Under the pieces are notes generated by a model. The model did no database searches. It was not told the origin of the DNA and saw only the letters and a list, made by a program, of their open reading frames with translations. 53,262 bases of DNA from Firmicutes bacterium UBA3914 (GTDB taxonomy: Bacteria; Bacillota; Limnochordia; Darwinibacteriales; Darwinibacteriaceae): the NCBI GenBank assembly GCA_002391385.1, contig DGEY01000059.1:1-53262 (forward strand). The letters run 5' to 3'. Positions within the stretch are counted from its first letter, which is position 1. The number at the start of each line of letters is the position of its first letter. A program made the position numbers and the translations under genes. Positions 1-7,427 of this stretch are shown piece after piece.

Positions 1-19
1 ACTTTAACGGCAAACGTAG

Positions 20-48
20 TTGATAACCAGAGCAAAGCACGGTATAAT
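20..48 (+). promoter_or_regulatory. sigma-A-type promoter candidate (TTGATA-N17-TATAAT)
   Basis: TTGATA at 20-25, a 17-nt spacer and a perfect TATAAT at 43-48, inside an AT-rich island of a GC-rich window. No + strand ORF follows it. Confidence 0.5.
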
Positions 49-79
49 CTTTGGTGTATAGTTTTGTTTGCATAACTAA

Positions 80-88
80 ATTATACCA
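80..88 (-). promoter_or_regulatory. extended -10 element (TGGTATAAT) reading leftward out of the window
   Basis: The reverse complement of 80-88 is TGGTATAAT (TGnTATAAT consensus). There is no good -35. It would face the + strand promoter at 20-48. Confidence 0.3.
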
Positions 89-91
89 GTG

Positions 92-125
92 TACGGGCTC
101 CTTCGCGAGCCCGTATTCTCGTTAT
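92..125 (+). terminator. intrinsic terminator-like hairpin
   Basis: The 9-bp stem TACGGGCTC (92-100) / GAGCCCGTA (107-115) has a 6-nt loop and is followed by TTCTCGTTATT. Confidence 0.45.
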
Positions 126-130
126 TAGAC

Positions 131-188
131 AAAAAAGGGCCGTGCAGGATGAACGAATCAACGTTCATTCTGCAACAGCCCCTTTTTA
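131..188. terminator. bidirectional intrinsic terminator (csp terminator on the - strand)
   Basis: An approximately 18-bp stem pairs 137-155 with 162-181 (one mismatch, one bulge). It is flanked by A6 (131-136) and T5 (184-188). It lies 14 nt downstream of the csp stop on the - strand. Confidence 0.7.
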
Positions 189-201
189 CCTAGGTTACGA
201 A

Positions 202-399
202 CTACAGGCGAACTACGTTAGCTGCTTGCGGACCGCGGTCGCCCTGGACGATTTCGAAGCTTACTTCTTCGCCTTCGTTGAGGGTTCTGAACCCGCTGCC
301 TTGGATGGCTGTGAAGTGTACGAATACGTCTTCGCCGTCTTCACATTCGATGAAACCATAGCCCTTTTCCGCGCTAAACCATTTTACTCTACCAGTCAT
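202..399 (-). CDS. csp: cold-shock protein (CspA family, 65 aa)
   Basis: [17 protein letters not shown]...VFVHFTAI carries the RNP1/RNP2 motifs. AGGAGG lies 7 nt upstream of the ATG at 399. The longer track ORF start at 432 is rejected. Confidence 0.95.
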   Translation of the reverse strand: MTGRVKWFSAEKGYGFIECEDGEDVFVHFTAIQGSGFRTLNEGEEVSFEIVQGDRGPQAANVVRL

Positions 400-523
400 G
401 CAGAGGCCTCCTGAAAATTTAATGCTGGGCAAGGCTTAAACTACGCAAACATCTTGCAGCCCTTGCTCAACTTCAGGTTGGAACTCGAGGCCTTACGTGT
501 TCGCTTCATTTAATCGCCTAACC
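400..523 (-). promoter_or_regulatory. long structured 5' leader of csp (about 120 nt)
   Basis: This is the distance from the predicted promoter (530-558) to the start codon. Internal complementary segments include GCAAGGGCT...AGCCTTGC. Long leaders are typical of cold-shock genes. Confidence 0.5.
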
Positions 524-529
524 GACTTC

Positions 530-558
530 AGCATACCACAGGCGCAAGCGGCTGTCAA
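530..558 (-). promoter_or_regulatory. sigma-A promoter of csp (TTGACA-N17-TGg-TATGCT)
   Basis: On the - strand, TTGACA sits at 558-553, followed by a 17-nt spacer and TATGCT at 535-530 preceded by TGG (extended -10). Confidence 0.65.
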
Positions 559-726
559 ACTATTTCGAGTTTCAAGAGGCAGGAAGCTGGAAGGAAGATG
601 CGAAGCGGCCCAGATCGGAGGCGGGAAACAGGAGGTAGAGGGCCTGATGCAGGAAGCAGAGCGGGGGCGAAGAAAATGTGTGGGTGAGGTGGCTTTTTTT
701 GCTTGGGAAGTTTCGGGGTGCTTGGT

Positions 727-754
727 TAAAGGTGTTTGGTTGGGATGCCGATAG
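727..754 (+). promoter_or_regulatory. sigma-D / sigma-28-type flagellar promoter (TAAA-N16-GCCGATAG)
   Basis: TAAA at 727-730, a 16-nt spacer and GCCGATAG at 747-754 match the TAAA-N15-GCCGATAT consensus. The element is 35 nt upstream of the fliD ATG. Confidence 0.6.
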
Positions 755-788
755 TTAAGGTGGAGTACCTTAGGGATGAGGTGGCAAG

Positions 789-2261
789 ATGAGGATCTCT
801 GGATTGAATTCAGGATTGGATATAGAACAGATTGTCAGCGATTTGGTGAGGGCGCAGCGCATTCCCCTGGATCGGGTCTACCAGCAAAAAGTAAAGACCG
901 AGTGGAAGCGCGATGCCTACCGGGAGGTCAACAGCAAACTGCTGCGCTTTCGGAACTTGGTCTTCGATCTGACGCTGGAGGGGACGTTCCTCAAGAAAAG
1001 CGCCGCTTCTTCGCGCCCGGATCTGCTCACCGCCACTGCTTCCGGCGCAGCGACCGAGGGGACCTGGGAGATCGTGGTAAAGAAGCTGGCTTCCGCAGCG
1101 CGGCAGGTCAGCGAGCTGCCGGAAGATCTGCCTGGGGGCTTTTCCTTTGTTATCGGGACTTCCCCGGAGAAGCTGGCCACCATCACGATTGAGGATGGCG
1201 ATGGCCTGGAGCAGATCGCGGCCAAGATCAACAAGGCCCAAGTGGGCATCAACGCCTTTGCCCACGACGGCCAGATCTCTTTCACCACCACCGCCACCGG
1301 TCAGGACGCTGCGATCTATGTGGATCAGGCCTTTACCGAGCTCTTCGGCGGGGAGCTGGGGGCGCTGGCCCAAGTACCCGGTGAAGACGGAGAGCCCCCC
1401 ATGGTCGGTGTCTGGACCGTGGAGGGCCAGGCTGTCCGCGGCTCCGATGCCGAAGTAGTGATCAACGGCATCGAGGCGACCTACGGAAGCAACACCTTCC
1501 AGTTCAACGGCATTACGGTAAACCTGCTCAACGCGGAAGCAGGTGCCGCGGTCACTGTTGAGGTCAAGCCGGATGTGGACTCGGTGGTGGAGAAGGTCAA
1601 AGAGTTTGTGAACCTCTACAACGAACTGGTGGGTGAGCTGAACCGGCTGCTGCGGGAGGAAGTGTACCGCGACTTTCCGCCCCTGACCCAGGAGCAAAAG
1701 GATGCCATGTCGGACAAGGAGATCGAGCTCTGGGAAGAGAAGGCCAAAAGCGGCCTCTTGCGTTCCGATTCCCTGCTCAGCTCGATCTTGAGCGAGATGC
1801 GCATGGCCCTTGGTGCCGCGGTGGAGCGGTCAGGTGGCGCAGTGAGCCTTAGGCAGATGGGCATCACCACCGGGGCCTGGTATGAATACGGGCGCCTCTA
1901 TCTCGATGAAAACAAGCTCAGGAGCGCCCTCACGGAAGATCCCGATGCTGTGCGGGAGCTCTTCACTCAGCAGGGTGGCGAAGGGAAGACCGCGGGTATA
2001 GCCCGCAGGCTCACGGAAGTTTTGGATCGGGGGATGCAGCGCATCACCGACACCGCAGGCAAAGCCACCATTCCCTACGACCAGAGCTATTTAGGCAACC
2101 GCATCCGGGAATATGAATCCCGCCTGGAGGCCATGGAAGAGCGCCTGCGGCGCTTCGAGGAAGCACAGTGGAGAAAGTTTACGGCCATGGAAAAAGCTCT
2201 AGGCCAGCTCTATGCCCAAAGTGACTGGCTCTACCAGCAGCTCCTGGCCATGCAGGGATGA
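789..2261 (+). CDS. fliD: flagellar filament capping protein FliD (hook-associated protein 2)
   Basis: The N-terminus MRISGLNSGLDIEQIVSDLVRAQRIPLD and the C-terminal coiled coil are typical of FliD. RBS GAGGTGG is present. Confidence 0.9.
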   Translation: MRISGLNSGLDIEQIVSDLVRAQRIPLDRVYQQKVKTEWKRDAYREVNSKLLRFRNLVFDLTLEGTFLKKSAASSRPDLLTATASGAATEGTWEIVVKKLASAARQVSELPEDLPGGFSFVIGTSPEKLATITIEDGDGLEQIAAKINKAQVGINAFAHDGQISFTTTATGQDAAIYVDQAFTELFGGELGALAQVPGEDGEPPMVGVWTVEGQAVRGSDAEVVINGIEATYGSNTFQFNGITVNLLNAEAGAAVTVEVKPDVDSVVEKVKEFVNLYNELVGELNRLLREEVYRDFPPLTQEQKDAMSDKEIELWEEKAKSGLLRSDSLLSSILSEMRMALGAAVERSGGAVSLRQMGITTGAWYEYGRLYLDENKLRSALTEDPDAVRELFTQQGGEGKTAGIARRLTEVLDRGMQRITDTAGKATIPYDQSYLGNRIREYESRLEAMEERLRRFEEAQWRKFTAMEKALGQLYAQSDWLYQQLLAMQG

Positions 2262-2266
2262 TCTAA

Positions 2267-2671
2267 GTGGCAAAGGAACTTTACGAACGGAAACTAGCTC
2301 TGCTGCGGCAGCTCAAGGAGCTCACCGATCAGGCCCTGGCCTTTACCCCGGAAGAGCTGGTCCAGGATGACCACGCCCATGAGCGGGTGCTCCAGCTTTT
2401 GGCGGAGCGGGAGGGACTCATGGCGAGCATCGACCAGCTCGACCGGGAGCTGGCCCAGGGGATCGCCAAGGCCGCGGAGGCCCACAAAGAGGCGCTCCGG
2501 GCGGAACTGCTGCAGATTCAAGAGCAAAATGCCCGCCTGGAGGAAGTGTTCCAAAAGAGCCTGGCTCAGCTGCGGGAACAGACCCGGAAGATTCAAGATG
2601 GCCGGCAGTCCCAGCGCGCCTATTTTTCCCGGCCTAGCCCGGAAGGGGCTTTTATCGACACAAAACGCTGA
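2267..2671 (+). CDS. FlgN/FliT-like flagellar export chaperone (putative coiled-coil protein)
   Basis: A 134-aa, helical, Leu/Glu/Gln-rich protein immediately after fliD, with a GTG start and AGGGA 8 nt upstream. It lacks FliS-like motifs. The assignment rests on context and composition only. Confidence 0.5.
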   Translation: MAKELYERKLALLRQLKELTDQALAFTPEELVQDDHAHERVLQLLAEREGLMASIDQLDRELAQGIAKAAEAHKEALRAELLQIQEQNARLEEVFQKSLAQLREQTRKIQDGRQSQRAYFSRPSPEGAFIDTKR

Positions 2672-2688
2672 GGCGGTTGGAAGGACCT

Positions 2689-3489
2689 ATGGACGATTAT
2701 TTCGGTTTAGCCAGAGAGCTCCTGGCAAAGGGGAGGGCCCAGATCGCCGACCCCTACGCCCAGGCAGAGCTTTACGATCTGCTCAACCTGCAGGTGGGCG
2801 GCGATGAATTCTATGTAGAGTTCGCCAAGGAGCGGGGCGGCCGGGTCTTGGATCTGGCCTGCGGTTCGGGGCGGCTCCTGCCGCAGCTGCTGGATGCAGG
2901 GCTGGAGGTAGCCGGTTTAGACCTTGCCCCGGCCATGCTGGAGCGGGCCAGGCGGAGGCTGGGGGAAAGGGCTGGCCAGGTGGAACTGGTTTTGGGGGAT
3001 ATGCGCGGGTTTTCCTTCGGGCAGCCCTTTGACACCATCCTCATCCCCTACTGTTCCCTGATCTACATGCACAGCGATGCTGACCGCCTCGCGGTGTTCC
3101 AAAGGTGCAGCCAGCACCTTCGGGAAGGTGGCTGGCTGGCCTTTGACTTTCTGGCGGGCGCTGTGGAAGTGGGTGAGGGAGTTCCTTCCCTGGCCCTGCA
3201 GGGCATCCACCCCTTCACGGAAGAGCTCCTGGTGAGCGTGGTGCAGATCAAGGGGCTGGCGAGGGACCTGAGACTTCTCAACCAGATCAACTATATCCTA
3301 CCCAAAGAACCGAAACCGGCGCAGGTTACGGTGTTTGCCAGCAGGGAAGCGGTGGTTCAGCCTGAGCATATGGCGGACCTAGTGGTTCAGGCTGGCTTTG
3401 AAGTGGCAGGGGTCTACGGCAGCTTCGCCCTGGAACCCTACGCCGGTGGGGAAACCTGCCTGATGGTTGCCTGTAAGCGCCGGGGCTAG
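2689..3489 (+). CDS. class I SAM-dependent methyltransferase
   Basis: Motif I VLDLACGSGRL and the downstream LDLAPAML / LGDM motifs are present. The start may be TTG 2677 or ATG 2689. Confidence 0.8.
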   Translation: MDDYFGLARELLAKGRAQIADPYAQAELYDLLNLQVGGDEFYVEFAKERGGRVLDLACGSGRLLPQLLDAGLEVAGLDLAPAMLERARRRLGERAGQVELVLGDMRGFSFGQPFDTILIPYCSLIYMHSDADRLAVFQRCSQHLREGGWLAFDFLAGAVEVGEGVPSLALQGIHPFTEELLVSVVQIKGLARDLRLLNQINYILPKEPKPAQVTVFASREAVVQPEHMADLVVQAGFEVAGVYGSFALEPYAGGETCLMVACKRRG

Positions 3490-3500
3490 GAGGAATGTCC

Positions 3501-4064
3501 ATGAAGATCAGTACAAGCGATTATGCTCTTTACAACCGCATGGAGGCTGCAGCCCAAGAGGCCGTGGAGCAGGTTTTGGCCGCAAGGACAGAAGGGTGCA
3601 CCTGCCAGATGTGCCGGGAAGATATGCAGTGCCTGCTGCTCAACCAGCTCAAACCCCAGTATGTACCCCTGCTGCCGGGCATCAGCAAAGAGCCTTGGAC
3701 CCTGGAGGACTTGGGGGCAAAGGCGCGGGCGGAGGTGATGGCCGCCGCCGAGCATGCCGTCTTTGTGGTGCGGCACAACCCCCGCCACGGGCATGAGCGG
3801 GCCCCCATGCAGAACTGCACGGAGGCCATGGTCCTGGGTGCCCTGGGGGAGGTTTTGACCAGGGAGAAACTGGCCCTGGGGAGAGAGGAGCTCAGCCGCT
3901 TAATGGCGGAGGTCCTCAATGAGCTGCCGCCCCGCTACACCACGTCCTTTAAGGGCGATGCCTTCGCCCGCACGGAAGAGCTGGAGGCGGCTTCCGTGGC
4001 CTCGATTTTGACCGCGATTTACGGTGCCCTCAAGCGGCTGGAGATGATCCCCGGTTCTGCCTAA
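3501..4064 (+). CDS. ComFB-family protein with two ComFB-like repeats
   Basis: NRME...CTCQMCREDMQCLLLNQLKPQYV matches the ComFB Cys cluster plus the LN-L-P-Y motif. The second half repeats LNELPPRY without the cysteines. AGGAGG lies 7 nt upstream of the ATG at 3501. Confidence 0.75.
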   Translation: MKISTSDYALYNRMEAAAQEAVEQVLAARTEGCTCQMCREDMQCLLLNQLKPQYVPLLPGISKEPWTLEDLGAKARAEVMAAAEHAVFVVRHNPRHGHERAPMQNCTEAMVLGALGEVLTREKLALGREELSRLMAEVLNELPPRYTTSFKGDAFARTEELEAASVASILTAIYGALKRLEMIPGSA

Positions 4065-4081
4065 ACCAAGCAGGAAATGAA

Positions 4082-4119
4082 GAGGCGTCCTTGGCATGAG
4101 CTGAAGGACGCCTTTTTTT
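4082..4119 (+). terminator. intrinsic terminator of the fliD-comFB operon
   Basis: The stem GAGGCGTCCTT / AAGGACGCCT is followed by T7 (4113-4119). Confidence 0.8.
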
Positions 4120-4125
4120 GTGCTG

Positions 4126-4341
4126 CTATGTGCGGGCCGCCAGGGCCTTTTCCCTGATTTCCTCCGCCACGGCGCTGCTGGTGAGGGATTCTACGGCTTG
4201 CCAAAACTGGATCGCGGGTTCGGGGCCTAAAATATCGCTGAAGATCTTATCACCCCTGTTGTTCCAGATGGTGATTTTCAGCCTTCCGCTTTTGTTTTGG
4301 ATCCGGACAAAGAACTGACCGCTTTCGAACATGGTGTTCAT
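4126..4341 (-). CDS. hypothetical small protein (71 aa)
   Basis: MNTMFESGQFFVRIQNKSGRLKITIWNNRGD... has GGGGG 7 nt upstream of the ATG at 4341. I did not recognise a family. It is divergent from the ger operon. Confidence 0.5.
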   Translation of the reverse strand: MNTMFESGQFFVRIQNKSGRLKITIWNNRGDKIFSDILGPEPAIQFWQAVESLTSSAVAEEIREKALAART

Positions 4342-4510
4342 GAGCAATCCCCCTTGTGCTTTTTAATAATGTTCCGCACGGGGCAGGGAAATCCTGCGCC
4401 GCGGCGCGGGAAAATGGTGGGTTTGCTAGCTCCCTCCTAGCTCGCCTGGAGCTGTGCTCATACAACCTGGGGTGCAGTGGATATACTAGGCAGAGCGGGA
4501 GGGAGCAGGC

Positions 4511-6046
4511 ATGTTCTTCTGGCAGCGCACGAAAAAAAAGGGACCAGATCCCAGGGGCCTGGACCGCCTCAGTTCGTCCCTGGAGACCAACCTGCACTGG
4601 CTGCAGACAGATCTCTTCGCCAGTGACGAGACCATTGTCTACCGGCGCATCAAGACCAGCGGGCCCAAGCCCCGGGACTGCGTGCTGGTCTACGCGGATA
4701 ACATGGTGAAACACGAGTACTTGAGCCAGTTTGTGCTCCGACCCCTGCTCAAAGCGGAGCTTCCCAAGGGGCTGCGGGGTGAGGAACTGGCCAGGTACCT
4801 CGCGGAACAGGTGATTGAGGCGGACAGTTCCGAGTGCATCACCGGCTACAGCCAGATTGGCGACAAGATCATGGGCGGGGTGGGCGTGCTCCTCGTGGAT
4901 GGCTGTCCCCTGGGTCTGGTGGTGGATGCCCAGGGCTGGGCCAAACGGACGGTAACGGAGCCCCCTTCAGAAAGTGTGGTGCGGGGACCCCGCCTGGGCT
5001 TCAGCGAAGACCTGGGGGTGAACATCAGTTTAGTGCGCCTGCAGATCGCCAGTCCCAACTTCAAAACCAGATTCGTGCAGGTGGGTGAGCAGACCAAAAC
5101 CAGGGTGGCCATTTTGTACCTGGACAATGTCACCTCCCTGGATTTGGTGGATGAAGTGCAGCGGCGCATTGAGGAGATTACAATCGACGCCGTGTTGGAT
5201 TCCGGCTACATCCAGGAATACATCAGGGATGCGCCCTATTCCCCCTTTCCCACAATCGGCCACACGGAGCGGCCCGATGCGGCCGCGGCCAAGATCCTGG
5301 AGGGGCGGGTGGCGGTGCTGGTGGACGGCTCGCCCTTCGCGCTAACCATGCCCTACCTTTTGGTGGAGGCCTTTCAGGCCAACGAAGACTACTACAACCA
5401 CTGGATGGTGGCCAGCTTTCACCGGCTGATCCGCTACATCAGCTTCTTCATCACCACCAGCACCCCCGCGATCTACATCGCCCTGATCAGCTATCATCCC
5501 CAGCTCATTCCCACCAACTTGGTGGTGAGCATCTCCGCGGCCCGGAAAAATGTGCCCTTCCCGGGCATTGTGGAAGTGATCATCATGGGTTTGGTTTTCG
5601 AGATCCTCCGGGAAGGGGGTGTGCGCCTGCCCCGGCCCATCGGGCAGGCGGTGAGCATCGTGGGGGCCATTGTCTTAGGCGAAGCCGCCGTAAGTGCCAG
5701 CTTGGTCAGCGCCCCCATGATCATCGTGGTGGGCCTCACGGGCGTGGCCGGCTTTGTTAACCCCTGGCTGAATGACATTGCCGTGCTCTTCCGGCTGCTC
5801 TTTGTTGTGCTGGCCTCGGTCTTGGGCCTCTATGGCTATGTTTTGGGAGTGATCGCAGTGGTGCTGCTCCTCTCCTCCATGGAATCCTTCGGGGTACCTT
5901 ACCTTTCCACCATGACCACGCTGGTTCCCCAAGACATCAAAGATACCCTGCTGCGGGTGCCCTGGTGGCAGATGACCCTGCGCCCCAGGTATCTGGCCTC
6001 CAAAGACCGCCAGCGCCTGCAGGGGCGGGGAGGCCGGGGCTCATGA
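4511..6046 (+). CDS. spore germination protein, GerA-family A subunit
   Basis: DGSPFALTMPYLLVEAFQANEDYY and the C-terminal multi-TM region are typical of GerAA/GerKA. RBS GGGAGGGAG is present. Confidence 0.9.
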   Translation: MFFWQRTKKKGPDPRGLDRLSSSLETNLHWLQTDLFASDETIVYRRIKTSGPKPRDCVLVYADNMVKHEYLSQFVLRPLLKAELPKGLRGEELARYLAEQVIEADSSECITGYSQIGDKIMGGVGVLLVDGCPLGLVVDAQGWAKRTVTEPPSESVVRGPRLGFSEDLGVNISLVRLQIASPNFKTRFVQVGEQTKTRVAILYLDNVTSLDLVDEVQRRIEEITIDAVLDSGYIQEYIRDAPYSPFPTIGHTERPDAAAAKILEGRVAVLVDGSPFALTMPYLLVEAFQANEDYYNHWMVASFHRLIRYISFFITTSTPAIYIALISYHPQLIPTNLVVSISAARKNVPFPGIVEVIIMGLVFEILREGGVRLPRPIGQAVSIVGAIVLGEAAVSASLVSAPMIIVVGLTGVAGFVNPWLNDIAVLFRLLFVVLASVLGLYGYVLGVIAVVLLLSSMESFGVPYLSTMTTLVPQDIKDTLLRVPWWQMTLRPRYLASKDRQRLQGRGGRGS

Positions 6047-7200
6047 GGCGGCGCCTTTTCCCCATGCTCAGCCTGCTCCTTGTGTCCCTGCTCCTTACGG
6101 GGTGCTGGGATTACATGGAAATCGAGTCCTTGGAGTTTGTCTTCGGCCTGGGCGTGGATCAGGTAAAACCGGAGGTTGTGGTGGTTTTGGAGATGGCCAA
6201 GACCAGCGGAGGTGGGCAGCAGACCATGGTGGAACCCAAAGTGCTCTCCACCAAGAGCCAGAGCGCAGCCACCGCAGCCCGGGCCTTGTCTAACCCGGCG
6301 GGCCTGAGGACCTTCTGGTCGCATGCTTACGTCTTTTTGATTTCTGAACAAGTGGCCCAGGAAGGTATCATCCCTGCCATGGAGCACATTGTCCGCAGCC
6401 GCCACCTGCGCAGCACGGTGTGGGTGTTCATCACCAAGGAGTGCACAGCGGAAGAGGTGTTCAAAAGCAAACCGCCGGTGGCCAATTCCGTGAGCGAACA
6501 TCTCAACTCCATCGTGCTCATGCAGGACGCTATCTCCGGTTTCCTTCCCCTGCAGGTGTGGCAGCTCAATCAGGCCTTTGCCGCGGAAGGGGTGGCGGCC
6601 ATACTGCCCACGGTGAAGCTGGTCCACCAACGGGGTGAGCTGGTGCCCATCGTGGAGGGGACCGCGGTGTTCAAACGGGACCGCATGGTGGGCTGGCTGG
6701 ACGGGCAGGAAAGCGACATACTCTGCCTGCTGAAGGGTCTTGACCAGCGGAGCTATTACGTGGTGGACACCAAGGTGACCGATCACGGCTATTTCCCCAT
6801 CACCTATGAGCTGGTGGGGAACCGTGTGGAGCTGAAGCCCCTGGTGAGAAAGGATGGCAGTATTGCCGTGGCCATTTCCCTGACCCTGGAGTTGGGGGTG
6901 GAGGAGATCGGGGCAGCTCCCCTCAGCTTCCGCGACGAAAAACTGGTCAGAAGCGTGGAGGCGCAGCTGGCCACCTTTGTTACCCGGGAAGTGCGGGGGT
7001 TCCTTTGGAAAATCCAGAGGGAGTACAACGCGGATATCCTAGGTTTCGGTCAGCTGTTTAGGCGCAAAAAGCCAGAGGTGTGGCGCCGCTTGGGGGAGGA
7101 CTGGGACGCCCAGCTGCGGGATCTCCAAGTGGAGCTGGACGTTCAGTGCAAGATAGTCTTCACCGGGACCTCCTCTGAGCCGCTGCTGGTGAGGGAATAG
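6043..7200 (+). CDS. spore germination protein, Ger(x)C-family lipoprotein
   Basis: MRRRLFPMLSLLLVSLLLTGCWD carries a lipobox. The start overlaps the A-subunit stop as ATGA. The track ORF start at 5965 is rejected. Confidence 0.85.
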   Translation: MRRRLFPMLSLLLVSLLLTGCWDYMEIESLEFVFGLGVDQVKPEVVVVLEMAKTSGGGQQTMVEPKVLSTKSQSAATAARALSNPAGLRTFWSHAYVFLISEQVAQEGIIPAMEHIVRSRHLRSTVWVFITKECTAEEVFKSKPPVANSVSEHLNSIVLMQDAISGFLPLQVWQLNQAFAAEGVAAILPTVKLVHQRGELVPIVEGTAVFKRDRMVGWLDGQESDILCLLKGLDQRSYYVVDTKVTDHGYFPITYELVGNRVELKPLVRKDGSIAVAISLTLELGVEEIGAAPLSFRDEKLVRSVEAQLATFVTREVRGFLWKIQREYNADILGFGQLFRRKKPEVWRRLGEDWDAQLRDLQVELDVQCKIVFTGTSSEPLLVRE

Positions 7201-7202
7201 GC

Positions 7203-7427
7203 GTGGTGGTCGTCGTGATCTTAGCCTACGCCGCGGTGGCGGCCCTGGAGATCTGGCTGTGGGCGGAGCGTCCCTGGCAGAAGGTTTTGCTCTACCTGGT
7301 GCTCATCGCCGCCGGGGCAGTGCTGGCTGCCCTGCTGCTTAGGGATAGCGACCTGAAAGTGCCTGAACCTGTGGGGTTTGTGACCAGGCTGATCAAACGG
7401 CTGTGGGAGGGAGGCGGGGGCAAGTGA
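7203..7427 (+). CDS. small two-TM membrane protein inside the ger operon (GerD-subunit-like candidate)
   Basis: A 74-aa protein with two hydrophobic segments and a GTG start 2 nt after the gerC-type stop. Its stop overlaps the next gene's GTG as GTGA. Confidence 0.55.
   Translation: MVVVVILAYAAVAALEIWLWAERPWQKVLLYLVLIAAGAVLAALLLRDSDLKVPEPVGFVTRLIKRLWEGGGGK

Larger units (their letters stand above)
55..125 (+). ncRNA. candidate short transcript (about 70 nt) between the promoter at 20-48 and the hairpin terminator at 92-125
   Basis: The expected TSS is about 55. There is an imperfect hairpin TGGTGTATAGTTT/AAATTATACCA, then the GC hairpin at 92-115 and a U-rich tail. No RBS or ORF is present. 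I did not recognise a matching family. Confidence 0.25.

Noticed and set aside
575-700. A purine-rich (GA-rich) noncoding tract with many GGA/AGGA motifs and a T7 run at 694-700. I considered a c-di-GMP riboswitch or a CsrA-binding leader upstream of fliD.
   Set aside because: I could not match GEMM-I or GEMM-II conserved cores, nor find convincing hairpins presenting GGA in loops. The tract also lies upstream of the predicted sigma-D promoter, so it would not be in the fliD mRNA. It needs a covariance-model search to settle.
497-754. An 85-aa ORF in the csp-fliD intergenic region.
   Set aside because: It has no ribosome-binding site and runs through both predicted promoters. Its composition reflects the purine-rich spacer rather than coding bias.
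810-1697. A 295-aa ORF antisense to fliD. Similar long antisense or alternative-frame ORFs occur at 5899-6786, 12199-13041, 17507-18283, 25002-25811, 25345-26232, 33643-34335, 34499-35311, 38115-38903, 43079-43669, 45827-46645 and 49202-49846.
   Set aside because: These are typical shadow ORFs of GC-rich DNA. They are rich in Arg, Gly, Pro, His and Ala, have no SD and no recognisable motifs, and each lies fully within a CDS that has clear family signatures on the other strand or frame.
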